The notes beneath the pieces are model-generated. The model had not been told where the DNA came from. It worked only from the letters and a program-made list of their open reading frames with translations, and did not search any database. This document shows positions 1 to 11,480 of a stretch of DNA of 64,000 nucleotides, in pieces. Location of the stretch: NCBI GenBank assembly GCA_963808235.1, contig CAWEEQ010000001.1, positions 1 through 64,000 of the forward strand. The letters run 5' to 3'. The position numbers and the translations under genes are program-made. Position 1 is the stretch's first letter, and each line of letters begins with the position of its first letter. This DNA comes from an uncultured delta proteobacterium. GTDB taxonomy: Bacteria > Desulfobacterota > Binatia > Binatales > Binataceae.

Positions 1-791
1 ATAGGACCAGCGCTACAAGCGCGGCGGAAGCGACAACCGAACCCATAACGATCCAATGGTTGGAGAACCAATCGACCTCTTGGCCACGCTCGAGGACGAC
101 CTGCATCATAGTGAGGCCCACGGTCAGCAGGCCGATCCCCGTCCAGTCAATGCGCGCGACGCCGCGCTTCAAGTACGCAGGGTCATGCACGAACGTGCTG
201 ACCATCATCAGACCCACGATGCAGAACGGCACGTTGATGTAGAAGACCCACTGCCAGCCATAGTTGTCGACCAGCCACCCGCCGATGACAGGTCCGATAG
301 CCGGCGCGAGCACGACGCCCATGCTGTAAACCGCCATCGCCATACCCTGCTCGGCAGGGCGGAAAGGTCTCGCGTGCGATCGCCTGCGAGCAGGGCATCA
401 GGCTTCCGCCACCGATGCCCTGGATTACGCGGTAGAAAATCATCTGGGTCAGGGTCTTCGAGGTGCCCGCCAGTACCGAGCCGACCGTGAACAGGACCAT
501 CGACGCGAGGAACAGCCGCTTGCGACCGAGCAGCGTAGTCAGCCACGCCGACATCGTGATCATGATGATTTCGGCGATGCTGTAGGCCGTCGAAACCCAG
601 GTGATCGTCAGCAGGTCCTGGCCGAAGCTGCCCATCATGTGCGGCATCGCGACGTTGACGACCGTCGCGTCCATGACCGACAGGAAAGTGCCGATCATCA
701 CGGAGGCGGCCACCAGCCACTTGCCGGCGGACGTAGGCTCGCTGTCGGCGGCCGGGCCACGCGACAACACTCGCGCAATCGGATTTGCCAC
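1..791 (-). CDS. DHA2 (EmrB/QacA) family MFS transporter, 5' part (runs off window; frameshift ~355)
   Basis: GTFLSVMDATVVNVA, LGRKRLF, RVIQGIGGG motifs; after a shift near 355 it continues AEQGMAMAVYSMGVVLAPAIGP. Confidence 0.85.
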
Positions 792-861
792 GCGGATACC
801 CTTTCTAATCGGGAGTTAGCGCTTGCCGCTAACCTCCGCAAGAACGATCATGGGCATCTGG

Positions 862-2271
862 TCACTCGCTTGCACTGTCTGCCTTCAATGGTACGCTCGC
901 CCGCTTTTTGAGGCCGCCAAGTATCGCATCGGCGAGCGCCCCGTAGTTGCCGTCGTAGTGATGAGCGCCGTTCCTGCGGAAGGTTTCGACGCTTCGATCC
1001 GCAAGCGCAGGACACGCCGTGTCAGTTTCGTCCTGCCCATAGAAACACTGGATAAGGCGCGGCGGGATTTTGGCCGCTTGCGGCAGCACCGGAAGGCATC
1101 GGGCCCGGGCGGTTCGCCCAACCATCCGCGAACCGAGATTTCGAAATCCGCGGATTTCGAGAGTCCCAGCAGAGAGATCAGAACCACGTGGTCACGCAAG
1201 CTCGGCGGCAGTAGGTTGTAGGCGAACGGCATTACGTCGGCGCCGAATGAATAACCGACCAACGCTACTTTGTCGGCGTGCCATTTCGTCATAAACGTCC
1301 GGATCAGTGCGGCGACAACATCCGCGGTCTGCTGCGGCGTCTTCTGCTCCAGAAATATCGTAGAGTGTCCAAGCCGACGACCGGCACACCTTGCTGCTGA
1401 AGGTCTTCCGCGATGGTCTTGTCGAGGTCGCGCCATCCGCCGTCACCAGAGAGGAGTATCGCCATCAGCTTCGACGGATGGGCAACCGGCAGCTCGGCGA
1501 GCGGCAACGCGGAGATATCGACACTCGGCGCAGTATTCGTATGAATCTTCGTGACCGCTGGACCGGGTTTCGCAAGATACGGCTCGATCAACGATCGCAA
1601 TGCGTCGCCCGTCGCCATGCTGGGCGGCATCTCGTGGAGATCGATCGGCGCGCCCTCGTGACGCAGCTTCATGATGTATTCGCGATCCGTTTTGTGGACC
1701 TTCGATGTCAATCCGACTATCCAGAAGCCGGGCAATTTTTTTGGAGCACTGTAACGATACCCGCCTCTGCGCGCTGTCGTGGGCAGGTCGGAACAAATTG
1801 GTCGCCTGCTCGCGATTGTCTCCGCAGGATCAAGCGACACCGCACCCGCGATGGTGGCCGTGGGAGCCTGGGTCAGGTTCAACTCAGCAAGCGTCCCGCC
1901 TTCTGCGGCACCGGCAACAATCGGCGTCAGGTAGGTCGGAAGCCGGCGCTCCCTCTCCAGTTGGCGGGCGAGCAGTTCGGTGTCGTAAACCAGCCAATGG
2001 CACTTCTCTTTGAGCTTATCGAGCCCGCTCAAATATTTTTTACTATCAACTCGGCCACCAACGCCCCGCCTTTCGCTATCGCTCGTGCGGCAGCCTCATC
2101 TGCCTTCGACAATCCCTTGCGCCGGAAAAGTAGATCACGACCCCGCGAGCCTACCTGTCGGCTCGGCTAGTTTGACGCTGCCATAGCGTCCGGCTCGAAC
2201 GCGTATGCGATCGATGCACAGAGGCAAAAGGCAGCAGCGATGAAAGCGATCGCACAACGCAGACCTGTCAT
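862..2271 (-). CDS. acvB: AcvB/VirJ-family lysyl-phosphatidylglycerol hydrolase (split by several frameshifts)
   Basis: Signal peptide starting at an ATGA overlap with the mprF stop (2268-2271); LSGDGGWRDLDK, LVGYSFGAD and FEISVRGWLG motifs spread over ORFs 1304-2032, 885-1436 and 862-1125. Confidence 0.8.
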
Positions 2272-4862
2272 GTCGCGGAGGAACCTCGCCCGTATCCGCT
2301 GGCGAGAGCTGTCACGTCCGCAAGCGTGATGAACGGACCGGCCGCTCCCGACGCTGCCAGATAGCGAGGTTCCCAGACCGGGCGGAACTTATTCTTGAAA
2401 CTGCGCAGACCCTGAAAATTGTAAATGGGCTTGCCATGCTCCCACACCAGGCCCGCTAGGCGATGCCATCGTGACGAAAGCGGCGTGCGCGCTATTCCCG
2501 CCAATGGCGCCATGCCAAGGCTGAGCCGCTTGAAGCCCCGCGCTTTCAGCTCCAACGCCAACTGCGTGAACAAGCACTCCATCGTGCATGGTGGCGCGCC
2601 CGGTACCTGCCGCATAAGTCCTACCGTCGCTTCGGTCTGCAGATCTGTCGTCATGAAAGTGACGAACGCGATCGGCTTAGCGTGTTGCGATAACAATGCT
2701 GCCGATTGAGCCGCGACGAATCGCGGCTCGAAGCCCGCGACCGAGAACCGTCGCTCAGCGGCGTGATTTCTGGCAAGCCACCTGTCGGAGATCTCACTGA
2801 GCACTTCCCGCTCTTGGCATATCTGTTGAGGAGGCAGTATCTGGAATGTCAGTCCTTCTCGTTCGCCGCGCTTCAGCGCTTGTCGCAGTCCATAGCGCTC
2901 GGAACCTTCCAAGCTGAATTGGTCCAGATAGATGCAAGCCTCTTCGCCGACCTCACGACCCTAAGACCCGCATCGAGGTAAAGCGGCAGGCTATAGGGAC
3001 GAACTTGATAGAAGGCGGCGCGTCCGCCGTGTTTGTCGGCAAGTTCGACGAAGCGCCAAACCAGTTCCGGCCACTCCTCGCAACGTCCTACCGGATCGAA
3101 CAGTGCAACCCAGCTTCGGCCGCGCTTCGCATACATAAGGAAGGAATTTCCCGAACTGGAAAACAGGAGGCTCTTGTCGCCCATCAGCGCCAATGTCGCG
3201 GCACTGTACTCCTGACCGCGAATTATGGCCCAGCGCGCGATAGCTCTTGTGCCGACGGAGGTTCGACGCGGCCCGGCGCCGTCCGCAGCAACTGCCATAG
3301 CGAAATGCCGAGCGCCAGAATTGACGCGCCGAGAATCGCTCGCAGCGATCTCGATGCCTGTGCGTCAAACTCGAACTGCCACCAGATTTCGCGCCGATAA
3401 CCAACGTCACGGAAGGCGAACAGCAGAATTCCAATCGCGCACGCGATGACGACGGCAATCGCGATGAACCAGCCCAGCCTGAACGGCTGATGCATGAACG
3501 CCGCGGGTCGAGTGAACTGGCGGCGCGTTGCGAGTAGAAGACATACCAGGAAAACGATTGCCGCGGTTTCGCCGAAGGCGAGTCCCTTGATCAGACTGAA
3601 CGCAACGTCGGCCAACGCGACGATCAGCGCCAGCCACCACGCACCATCGAGGCGATGATATAAGCCGCGCGCGACGAACAGCAGAAGAACCCCGGCCAGA
3701 GTGGCAAGCAAGTGCGAGATCTCGACCGCCCATAGCGGCAGAACACCTTGCAGCGCCGCCAGTCGCCAATCCAGCGCAGGCGTCGCGCCCGATACAACGA
3801 GGACAATGCCCATCGCGAAGGTGACGGCGCTTAGAAAAATTGGCGCGAGCAGTTCGGCTCCCAGCGAAACCCGTTCCCCTGCTTTCGAGCGAAAACGGCC
3901 AGTCACGCTCCTCAGTTCCAATCCCGCCAATGACGCTGCAGCAAGCAGTAGAGGCAGCACAAAGTACACGCCGCGATAAATCAGCAACGCAGCGACTACA
4001 TCGTTGGAAGCGGCGAAGTGTCTCAGCCCGAGGAAGATGACGACGTCGAAAACTCCAAACCCTCCAGGAACCCGGCTGATTACTCCCAGCGCGGTGCCGC
4101 CGAAAACACCGCCGCAAAACTGAAGAAGTCGATCCGTGCGTGCGGTAGCAGGAACCAGAATGCCGCAGCCGCCGCCGCCAAATCGATTGCGCTTGCCCCG
4201 AACTGAAGGAGTGTGATCGTAAGCGAAGGCATCGCGATCGAAAGCCGCCCGATTGCCAGCGGCCGCCGCCGCCATGAGCGGAGCAGCAGCGCGAGCAGGA
4301 TCGCGAGCAACGCGGCGGCGCCGGCGCATCGAATCGACGTGATCGAAGCGGGCAACAAGAGCGCTATCGCATTCCCCGCGAGCACCAGACTGAGCGCTGC
4401 GAACGCCGCGAGGCCGATACCAAATGCCACGTTGATAAAGAGCATGACGCGCGCGGTCTGCTCAGGGCGCACGCCGACCGCGCCATACACGCGATCGCGA
4501 ACCGCATCGGCGGTCAGTGCCTTGAAACTGATAGCGTTGCCGAGCGCGGAGCCGCAGAACGATGCGAGCAGCAGGGCTGGCGTCGATACTTGCACGCCGA
4601 CATAACTCAACGCGCACAGATCGCGCGCTACCAGCGCCAGGTAGCTTACCGCGGTAAGTAGAATGGAAATCCAGACAAGTCGATGTGGGGTCGCGCGAAG
4701 CGCCTGCGTCACTCCGTGATAGTCTAGGCCGCGTGACAAACCGTTCAGAAGGACCAGCAGTAGCGCACATGCAGCGACCGCGGCGATAGGACCGCCGATA
4801 CGCAGCAGAAACTTCGCGCGACTGGTCAGCGAACGAGTGGTGTTTTGCAGTTCTTTGTCCAT
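2268..4862 (-). CDS. mprF: Bifunctional lysylphosphatidylglycerol flippase/synthase MprF (split by ~3-4 frameshifts)
   Basis: Multi-TM N-terminus with VPGGFGVFD and WWQFEF; LALMGDK, ALFDPVG, LSLGMAPL and YNFQGLRSFKNKFRPVWEPRYLA C-terminal motifs; start taken at MDKELQ. Confidence 0.88.
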
Positions 4863-4887
4863 AGGCGGCAGCGTCTGCGTCTTTTGA

Positions 4888-5874
4888 TCAGGAAGCGTCT
4901 CTCGCGTCGGTGAACGTGCTGTCGCGTTCAGTAGTAGATGTGTCATCGATGATTTGAGCCAGCGTCCAGCGAGACGATTGCAATGACATCGATTCGCGCG
5001 CGACGACTGCCCATTCTCCCTCTCTTACGATGAATTTGTGGGCTTCGGTCATGACCTCCGGTGCTGCGGCGAGACTTGGGTTCTTAAAAAGCAGCGCGCG
5101 TACGCGAGCGCGATCCGAAGCGATCCTGGTCTTCAGGCTCTAGCTGCAGCGTCCCGCCTGCCACGCCATCAACTTGTCCAGGAGTCCCGCCAACGATTCG
5201 ATCACGGCGCGTCGAACCGAGGTTCCCACGCTCGAGATTTCTTCCCCAATGCCGATAGGATCCAGTTCGTCGAATTGTCGGGACCGAGCCGCGGCTGCCT
5301 GCGCGCGACACCATGCATAGTGATCGTCATCGAAATCGTCAGTTTCGTCGTCGGGATTTGTTGCGACGCGAAGCTTTAGCCGGGTAATGCGAAGGCTGAG
5401 CCGCATGAGGGCAAGGGCCTCAGTTTCCGCCTCGGGTTCATCAGCGGTGACCAGCACGAGATCCGAAGTTAGTACCTCGTGCAAAGCTGCTTTCTCCCCC
5501 AGAATCAGCATCGCAGCAAAGCGAGCCCGTCTGTACAAACTCCTCCACTCGAGCTCGATCAGTCCCGCAAGCGAGGGCGATCGGCAAAGGGTATCGTCAA
5601 TTTTGAACCTTGCCGATTCGATTTCAGAGCGCCGAGCCAGACTGTGATACTGCGAGCCGGCGTTCCAAATCGTCAGATGAGTCAGGAGTTTCTCAATAGC
5701 TTCCCTCATTGGGTTCGCATCATTCACTCCCGCGCTTTTTTCGAGCTCATCTCCGACAGCGTCCCAATCGATTTCGCGGATCCGACGGTCGAACAACAGT
5801 AGCTCGGTCTCTTTGCTCCAGGCGTAAAGGTCTCGTTCGTGAAGCCTTCCGTTTGTTTCATCTCTGTCCGACAT
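4888..5874 (-). CDS. Tandem DUF29-like domain protein with an in-frame TAG at 5140-5142
   Basis: Two copies of D-x-YAW...(I/L)D-x4-(D/E)E(L/I)...L..W...PSL; the second domain continues in frame past the TAG to TGA at 4888. Confidence 0.65.
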
Positions 5875-7086
5875 TCGTGCTCTCCCCCCAAGGGTCGATT
5901 CCGCGCGGCCTGGATAGCATCCAGTTTCCGCGTCGGTATGTTTCGGATGTCAGGCGATCGCCGGGCATGCACCGGAGGCTCATGCTCGGCGATATCCCGC
6001 GAAACGCGACTAGTGGAGAGAGTTAAATTCTCAGACGACAGAGACGTGAAAGAGGAACGGACGTCGCCGCAGAAAAGTCAAAAGCAGGCGCCGACAAAAG
6101 TAACATCTGTCGGACGCGCGCATCGAATACTTTTCCAAATGGTCCTCGAGGCGCGGACTTCTCTTGCAGAGAGAGCGAGCCGAGGCTCTCTTCAATCGGC
6201 AGAGCCCGGCTGGTACGCCGGCCACTATGCAAGGGGAGATTCAACACAGTGCGAGCTGCATCGCGATTCGTCGTCCCACTCGGCGCAATCGCATTGGGCA
6301 GTGCGCTAGTGGCAGCAAGCACCAATGTCAGCAGCATAACACCGAGGATCTTCATATTCCTGAGTTTAGCTCCATTCTCGGTTTGGAGCGAACGTTGCGC
6401 CGATGTTTCAGGTCCGTCCGCGGGCCTTCTAAAATGGATCTTCATCAAACCAATCAAAAAACTGAACACTCGAAGCAATCAGATCGTCACATGAAATAGG
6501 TGCCCGCGCAGAGGCCGCGACCATTCGCGCGATCTGTTCAGCAAAAAAAGAGCGATCCGTAGCGGCTCGCGTGGCATCCGAACCTCACCCCGCGCAACGC
6601 ACATCAAGGAGGTAGCGTACGGCAGCAGGAATTGTGGTTCGGTCCGCCATGTATCTGCCGCGATGGTCGCGATCGCACTCGCGATTGCGCTCGCGGTCCC
6701 GGCAGGCACCGCGGTAAAATCGGGCTACGTCATCACCGGCCCAAAGCGCCTACGGGGAGGTTCGTGCGTCATGGTCTCGGCGTCGCCAAAAACGGTTCTC
6801 GGCCTGCGACGAGGCTCGGCACCAATTTCTGCGGCTCCTACTTGGACCCGGGCGAGCTGGATCAGGGCTTGAGAGAGACATGGGTCTGTCATCGACAGAG
6901 TTTCCGACCCGCGAGGCGCGAACTCTGCACGTCATCGCGAGCGCGAGATTGACCTTCTCCAGCCTCGTCAGGGGCCAACCGGATTGGCGCACTCCAGGTT
7001 ATCTCGACGATCAGCGCATCATCGAGGCGCGACACCGCTGAGCGAACCAGCGTGAACTTTGCGTAACGGCTGGTTCTCCTTCGAAC

Positions 7087-8505
7087 CTACAGCGTGTTGA
7101 GAAAATTCACCACATCCTGCTGCTGCGACGTCGATAGTGCCTGGAAGGCCTCCGAAGCTGCTTTACCCTGGCCGTCGTGCAGCGAAATCGCCATCGGCAA
7201 ACTGGTGGCGCGGCCGTCGTGCAACAGCTCCGACTTGGCGCGAACACCCCATAGCGGCGCCGTGCGCATCATCGTCGGCCCCGCCATTCCCGAGGTTACT
7301 CCGTCGCCGAGCGAACCCATGTCATGCAACAGGAAGTCGCCGTAAGGGTGAAAGGTTTGGTGCGACAGCGCCTGGATATACCCCTTGCTCATCGGTGTGC
7401 CCCCGGTTGTCGGCGGGATGAATAACGTCGGGTTGGAGGCCGTCGTGAGCGTCGGCGTATGACATCCAGCGCAGCCAATTTGATCGAACAGTTTCTCGCC
7501 GTTATTTGCGGATTCGTTCTGCGGAAGCGTCGGCGGCGGCTGGAGCCCACGGATGAAGTCCGTAAACCGGTCGATATCGGCACGACCGTCGGGACCAGGG
7601 GTGTCTTCGACGCCGGTGTCTTCGAGCGTGACGCCGAACTGTGTCACGCCAAGCGCGCAAGTGCTGTTCTCAGTTTGGTTGTCGGGGTTGGTCACGCCGA
7701 GTTCGTTCAGGGATGCGTCGCCAGCGAAGCCGCGCAGCAACCCGTGATCGTCTTTCCACCCGAAACGCCCGACGTGTGGAACGGTCAGGAAATTCTCGGT
7801 AACCATCTTGATAACGCCCCGAACCGACGAAGGCTCGCTGGCGGCCAGCTGGGTCAGCGTCTGATCCGATACCGCCTCGACCAGGCCGTCACCGAACAGC
7901 GGCAGCGCGGCCCGCCCGCTCACACAGTTGCCGCCGCTTGCGAAGTCGGCGGTGGACGGATCGCAAGTCGGCAGGTCGCCACTGAACGTAGTCTTGGTTG
8001 CCTCTTCCTGCTGGCAGGGTGACAGTTGGCATCCCGGAGATGTGATTTGGCATCCGATTGGCTCGGCCGAAATCCCGGCCGGGAAGATTGGTATGCCGCC
8101 TTGGGTCTGCGGGCCGTTGCGGAGCATGTTATCGACGGCAAAGACGTGCACCGGCTCGCCGGAGGGGTTGTTGCGCACCCGCACCTCGTCGATAAATAAA
8201 CCGCCGCCGCCTGTAGTCGGCTGCGAGTGGCAAGCGGTGCAGGTAGTGCCGTCGAAGATCGGGCCTAGTTCCGGCACGGTGATTATGTGCTTGAAGTTGA
8301 GCTGAGCGTTGGCGAAGATTCCCAGATCGGAAGTGTTTTTCGTAATGGCTGGTAATGGCGCGCCGAAACCGTCGAGGTTGACGGGGAAGCTGGGTGGCGG
8401 ACCTTGTTTGTTATTGGCTGGCCCTGCGAACGCGGCAGAGGGCAGCATGGTCGCGAGCGTGCACACTATCAACGCAATTGATCCCAAAGCGGTCTGAGTC
8501 TTCAC
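7087..8505 (-). CDS. Secreted di-heme oxidoreductase family (DUF1111-like) protein
   Basis: Signal peptide, CTACH and CAGCH heme motifs, LGPIF, GRFGWK, DFLLHDMG, RTAPLWG, LLHDGRA. Confidence 0.85.
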   Translation of the reverse strand: MKTQTALGSIALIVCTLATMLPSAAFAGPANNKQGPPPSFPVNLDGFGAPLPAITKNTSDLGIFANAQLNFKHIITVPELGPIFDGTTCTACHSQPTTGGGGLFIDEVRVRNNPSGEPVHVFAVDNMLRNGPQTQGGIPIFPAGISAEPIGCQITSPGCQLSPCQQEEATKTTFSGDLPTCDPSTADFASGGNCVSGRAALPLFGDGLVEAVSDQTLTQLAASEPSSVRGVIKMVTENFLTVPHVGRFGWKDDHGLLRGFAGDASLNELGVTNPDNQTENSTCALGVTQFGVTLEDTGVEDTPGPDGRADIDRFTDFIRGLQPPPTLPQNESANNGEKLFDQIGCAGCHTPTLTTASNPTLFIPPTTGGTPMSKGYIQALSHQTFHPYGDFLLHDMGSLGDGVTSGMAGPTMMRTAPLWGVRAKSELLHDGRATSLPMAISLHDGQGKAASEAFQALSTSQQQDVVNFLNTL

Positions 8506-8726
8506 ACCAGTGACTCCTTGGCCCGCCCGGCGATTCCATTAGCAGAATCGGGGCGAAGCCGTCCACGGCTCCACGCGCCAAGCGGCGTGGACGCCTGCCC
8601 CGCCGCCCGATTCGGTCCTTAGCGAGCGCGAAATCGGACGGTCACTCCCAGAAAACTCTCATGGCGGTGGCGCGCATTCGACGCACGCCACCGCTCTAGC
8701 GCAAAGGATCGCGTCTCAGTCTGCCG

Positions 8727-10055
8727 CTACGGAGCCGCCCTCACCATCGCATCAGGGTCGAAGAAGTTGCGGTCCACCGCGCCCATATTGATATACCAGC
8801 ACTCCTTTTCCGGAGTATTGCGACTTGGCAGGTAGCACATCGCCGACATTCCGGTTTGCGTATCGGTGGCCGCAGCACCTACCACGAACGAGCGCTTGAA
8901 CGGATAGATCGCTATCCGGGCATCAGGCACCGGTCGATCGCGATAAGTCAGCCAGTAGATGTGGTCCTGCCACAGCTGACCCTGTTGATCGTATGCGTCC
9001 TCGCAAAGCGGGAACCATACTTCGCTGTCTATGTAGAGCACCGTCCGCGATTGCAGTGCCTGCGAGTTGTTCGTATGACGCCTGGGGGTGGCTTCCACGA
9101 TATACATTTGGCGCGTTTCCCAATTCTCTGGACACGCGCTGCCTCCGCCGTCGGTCCCGCAGGTTACTTCGGGCGAATGGACCGCGTGAACCACGCCGAG
9201 CATGCTCTTCGAACCCAGGAAGCGATAGTTGTACTCCTCGACCTTGGCGTTGAAGCCGGAATAATGATCCGGATCGAACACCACGATATTCCCGCCACCC
9301 TCACTCGGCGTCCCCGACCCGGTAACCGCGTCGCTCATGATGCCTTCGTTCAGACGGCGCAACCTCCGCGAGCCGGTATTCCATGACCATATGTCATCGG
9401 ACTTTTTCGGATCGGCATAGCGGTAGCGCAGAAAGCCGGCGCCACGCATACCTTCGGGCGCCATGATCGGGTAGAGCCCGAACATCCAGTAACGGCCGGT
9501 CTTCTTGAAGTCCGGATCGATCGGCATTGGATCAACCTCGGTCCGTCCGATCTCGTTGTATCCGGCGTAGTGACCTACATCGATCTCATCGAGTACCCGG
9601 TAGGGGGCATTGCGCCCGCTGCGGACATTTTCACACGCGAAGTAACGCAGATCGTAATCATCGGTCTGAGGAATACGTTGTTCCATATGATCTTGGTCGC
9701 AACCTTGGGATCGTTGGGATCGAGGAATGGGAACGGTTGTCCGGCGACATAGTTCTCAACCGTGGCGCCCATCGGGCGACAGCCGCACTTGCGAAGAATA
9801 TTTCTCGGTTGCGTCCTTGTAAGGCGGCGGCCAATCGACTCGATCGGAGGGCACGATTTTCATCGACATCCCTTGCTCAACTTTGTAGAAGACTCCCGGT
9901 GAGACTAGGTTCTTGACCTTGTAAGCATTGTCCGGAGTGATAACGTCGCCGGGCTTAACTTGCGCCAAAGCCGGCAACGCCAGCATAAGACTCAGAAGCA
10001 AAGCCGCTAAGGCGCCGATACATTTCTTCTCTCTTACAAATTCTATCGAATGCAT
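8727..10055 (-). CDS. DUF1329-family periplasmic protein (frameshifts ~9770 and ~9665)
   Basis: Signal peptide + VKPGDVIT, ATEKYSSQV, YVAGQPFP, RRLRR, WETRQMY, YDQQGQLW motifs across three ORFs. Confidence 0.75.
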
Positions 10056-10227
10056 AACCTTTGTCCTTTCGCCGCCAGGAACGCGGCGAGACTTTCCGTT
10101 TGCGGTTCATTCGACCGTCTTCTCTTACCGTGCTTGAAACCGTGGCCGTGCAATCGAGCGCAACTCGATGCGCGAGACTCCGTACCTCAGGCACGCTGAA
10201 GACGTGAACTTTCTGTTCGTGGTGGAG

Positions 10228-10617
10228 CTAGTTATCGTCGTCGCCGGCGCGGGGCGGGATTCGCCGATGAAACTGATGCTCGCAGGACCACTGACTGCCT
10301 GCCTCGACCTCGTCGAGAAGTAGCGATCCGGGCTGATGCTCTTTCGGTTCTTTCGCGTCGAGCGATGATGACGCTGTGGGGACGCCCGCGTCCGCGAGTG
10401 GCCTGCTGCCTACTTCCTCGACTGCGGGACGAGCGAATCCCTGCTTGTGATTCGCAACCGCTGGCACATCGAGAAAAGTGATAGACGAGAACGCGCGGGT
10501 CGTCTGCGCCACGGTCAGAAGGCAGACCGAACCAATGAGAAACAGCCTTGCGAGAGGGCGAAACAGAAACATTCGCATCCCGCCGAAAAACTCTCTCACC
10601 GCGACAATACAATTCAA
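10228..10617 (-). CDS. Hypothetical small secreted/membrane protein (C-terminal RRIPPRAG)
   Basis: ORF with N-terminal hydrophobic segment, co-oriented upstream of the DUF1329 gene. Confidence 0.4.
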   Translation of the reverse strand: MNCIVAVREFFGGMRMFLFRPLARLFLIGSVCLLTVAQTTRAFSSITFLDVPAVANHKQGFARPAVEEVGSRPLADAGVPTASSSLDAKEPKEHQPGSLLLDEVEAGSQWSCEHQFHRRIPPRAGDDDN

Positions 10618-10752
10618 TCGCCCGATTGAAATTGAGTCAACCCGCGGGTTCCGGACTGGCGGCTGATTAGATTAGCGTCGTGCGGGCGGCGGTGCGGGCG
10701 GCAATCGAGCCGAGCGTTGGAACAGCATCGCGCGCGGTGTCCATTCGCCGCG

Positions 10753-11193
10753 GCGACCGCACGGTTGCGGTTACTCGTCATCTACAAAGCTTTGAGGGTG
10801 AGAGAGGCTGGCCAGAAATAGAAATACGTCCGGATTTTTGTTCAAGCCGAGCGCCGCCGTTCCTCGGCACGGGATTTTTCGATCCGATGTCATTCAATTA
10901 ACTACTTTTGATTGCGGATCGTTGGTCAAGCGGCGCGCGACGCACCTCACGCCGACAGTAAGCCCATCAATTTATGTAGGTCAAAGCGACCGCACGCGGC
11001 CCATTCCGAAGGGCCTCTGATATAGATGGCCACCGCACGCTCCTGGAGGCTGCAAACCGGCCTGACAGGCCTTTGATATCATTCGGATTTTCTTCAAAAC
11101 CGACACATAAAGTTACACATTTTCACATGTTGGATTATGAAAATCGAATTAATTCGCATGGTTATGACTAAACTTAAGAGACTTAAAATTCTC
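10753..11193. repeat. Copy A of ~440-bp non-coding direct repeat ending in tRNA-Leu anticodon core
   Basis: Aligns by eye along its length with 19101-19550 (shared blocks e.g. CAGAAATAGAAATACGTCCGGATTTTTG and CCGACACATAAAGTTACACA). Confidence 0.92.
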
Positions 11194-11235
11194 GGGAGGG
11201 CAACCTCCGTGCGGGTTCGAGTCCCGCCCCCGGCA
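11179..11235 (+). pseudogene. 3' half of tRNA-Leu(TAA); att-site remnant
   Basis: GACTTAAAAT anticodon loop, GGAGG-GCAA-CCTCC variable arm, GCGGG-TTCGAGT-CCCGC T arm, CCCCGGCA acceptor strand; no D arm or 5' half upstream. Confidence 0.85.
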
Positions 11236-11480
11236 TTGAATAGAAACGACTCTCCGTGGACTGTACGGTTCAACTGAGACCGATAGATAGGCCAACTAAG
11301 CAGAAGAGGCTGAGGCTCGAACCGAGAAGACCAGCTACACGCGATGTGAGTATCGTGTCAGCAACCGCAGTTTTTCAACCCATGAAACTGTGGCAAATGA
11401 AGAACCCGCAAACCAGAAGCGTAGAGGTCCGCTGGTTCCAAGGTTTCGACCGAGTAAGTGCAGGTCTCGCGCGGAACCTC

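Noticed and set aside
6023-7080. Hypothetical ORFs 6023-6478 and 6632-6952/6663-6872
   Set aside because: Signal-like segments but no recognisable motifs and conflicting frames; cannot support a call.
10220-10230. TGGTGGAGCTA as the far att site of the tRNA-Val element
   Set aside because: Only 7 bp match the tRNA-Val end; expected by chance.
10810-10885. Phage cos/packaging-like signal inside the duplicated module (GGATTTTT repeats around CGCCGCCG)
   Set aside because: Impressionistic resemblance only; no terminase, HNH or capsid genes nearby.
11179-11235. Functional tRNA-Leu gene
   Set aside because: The 5' acceptor strand and D arm are absent; only a 3' fragment is present.
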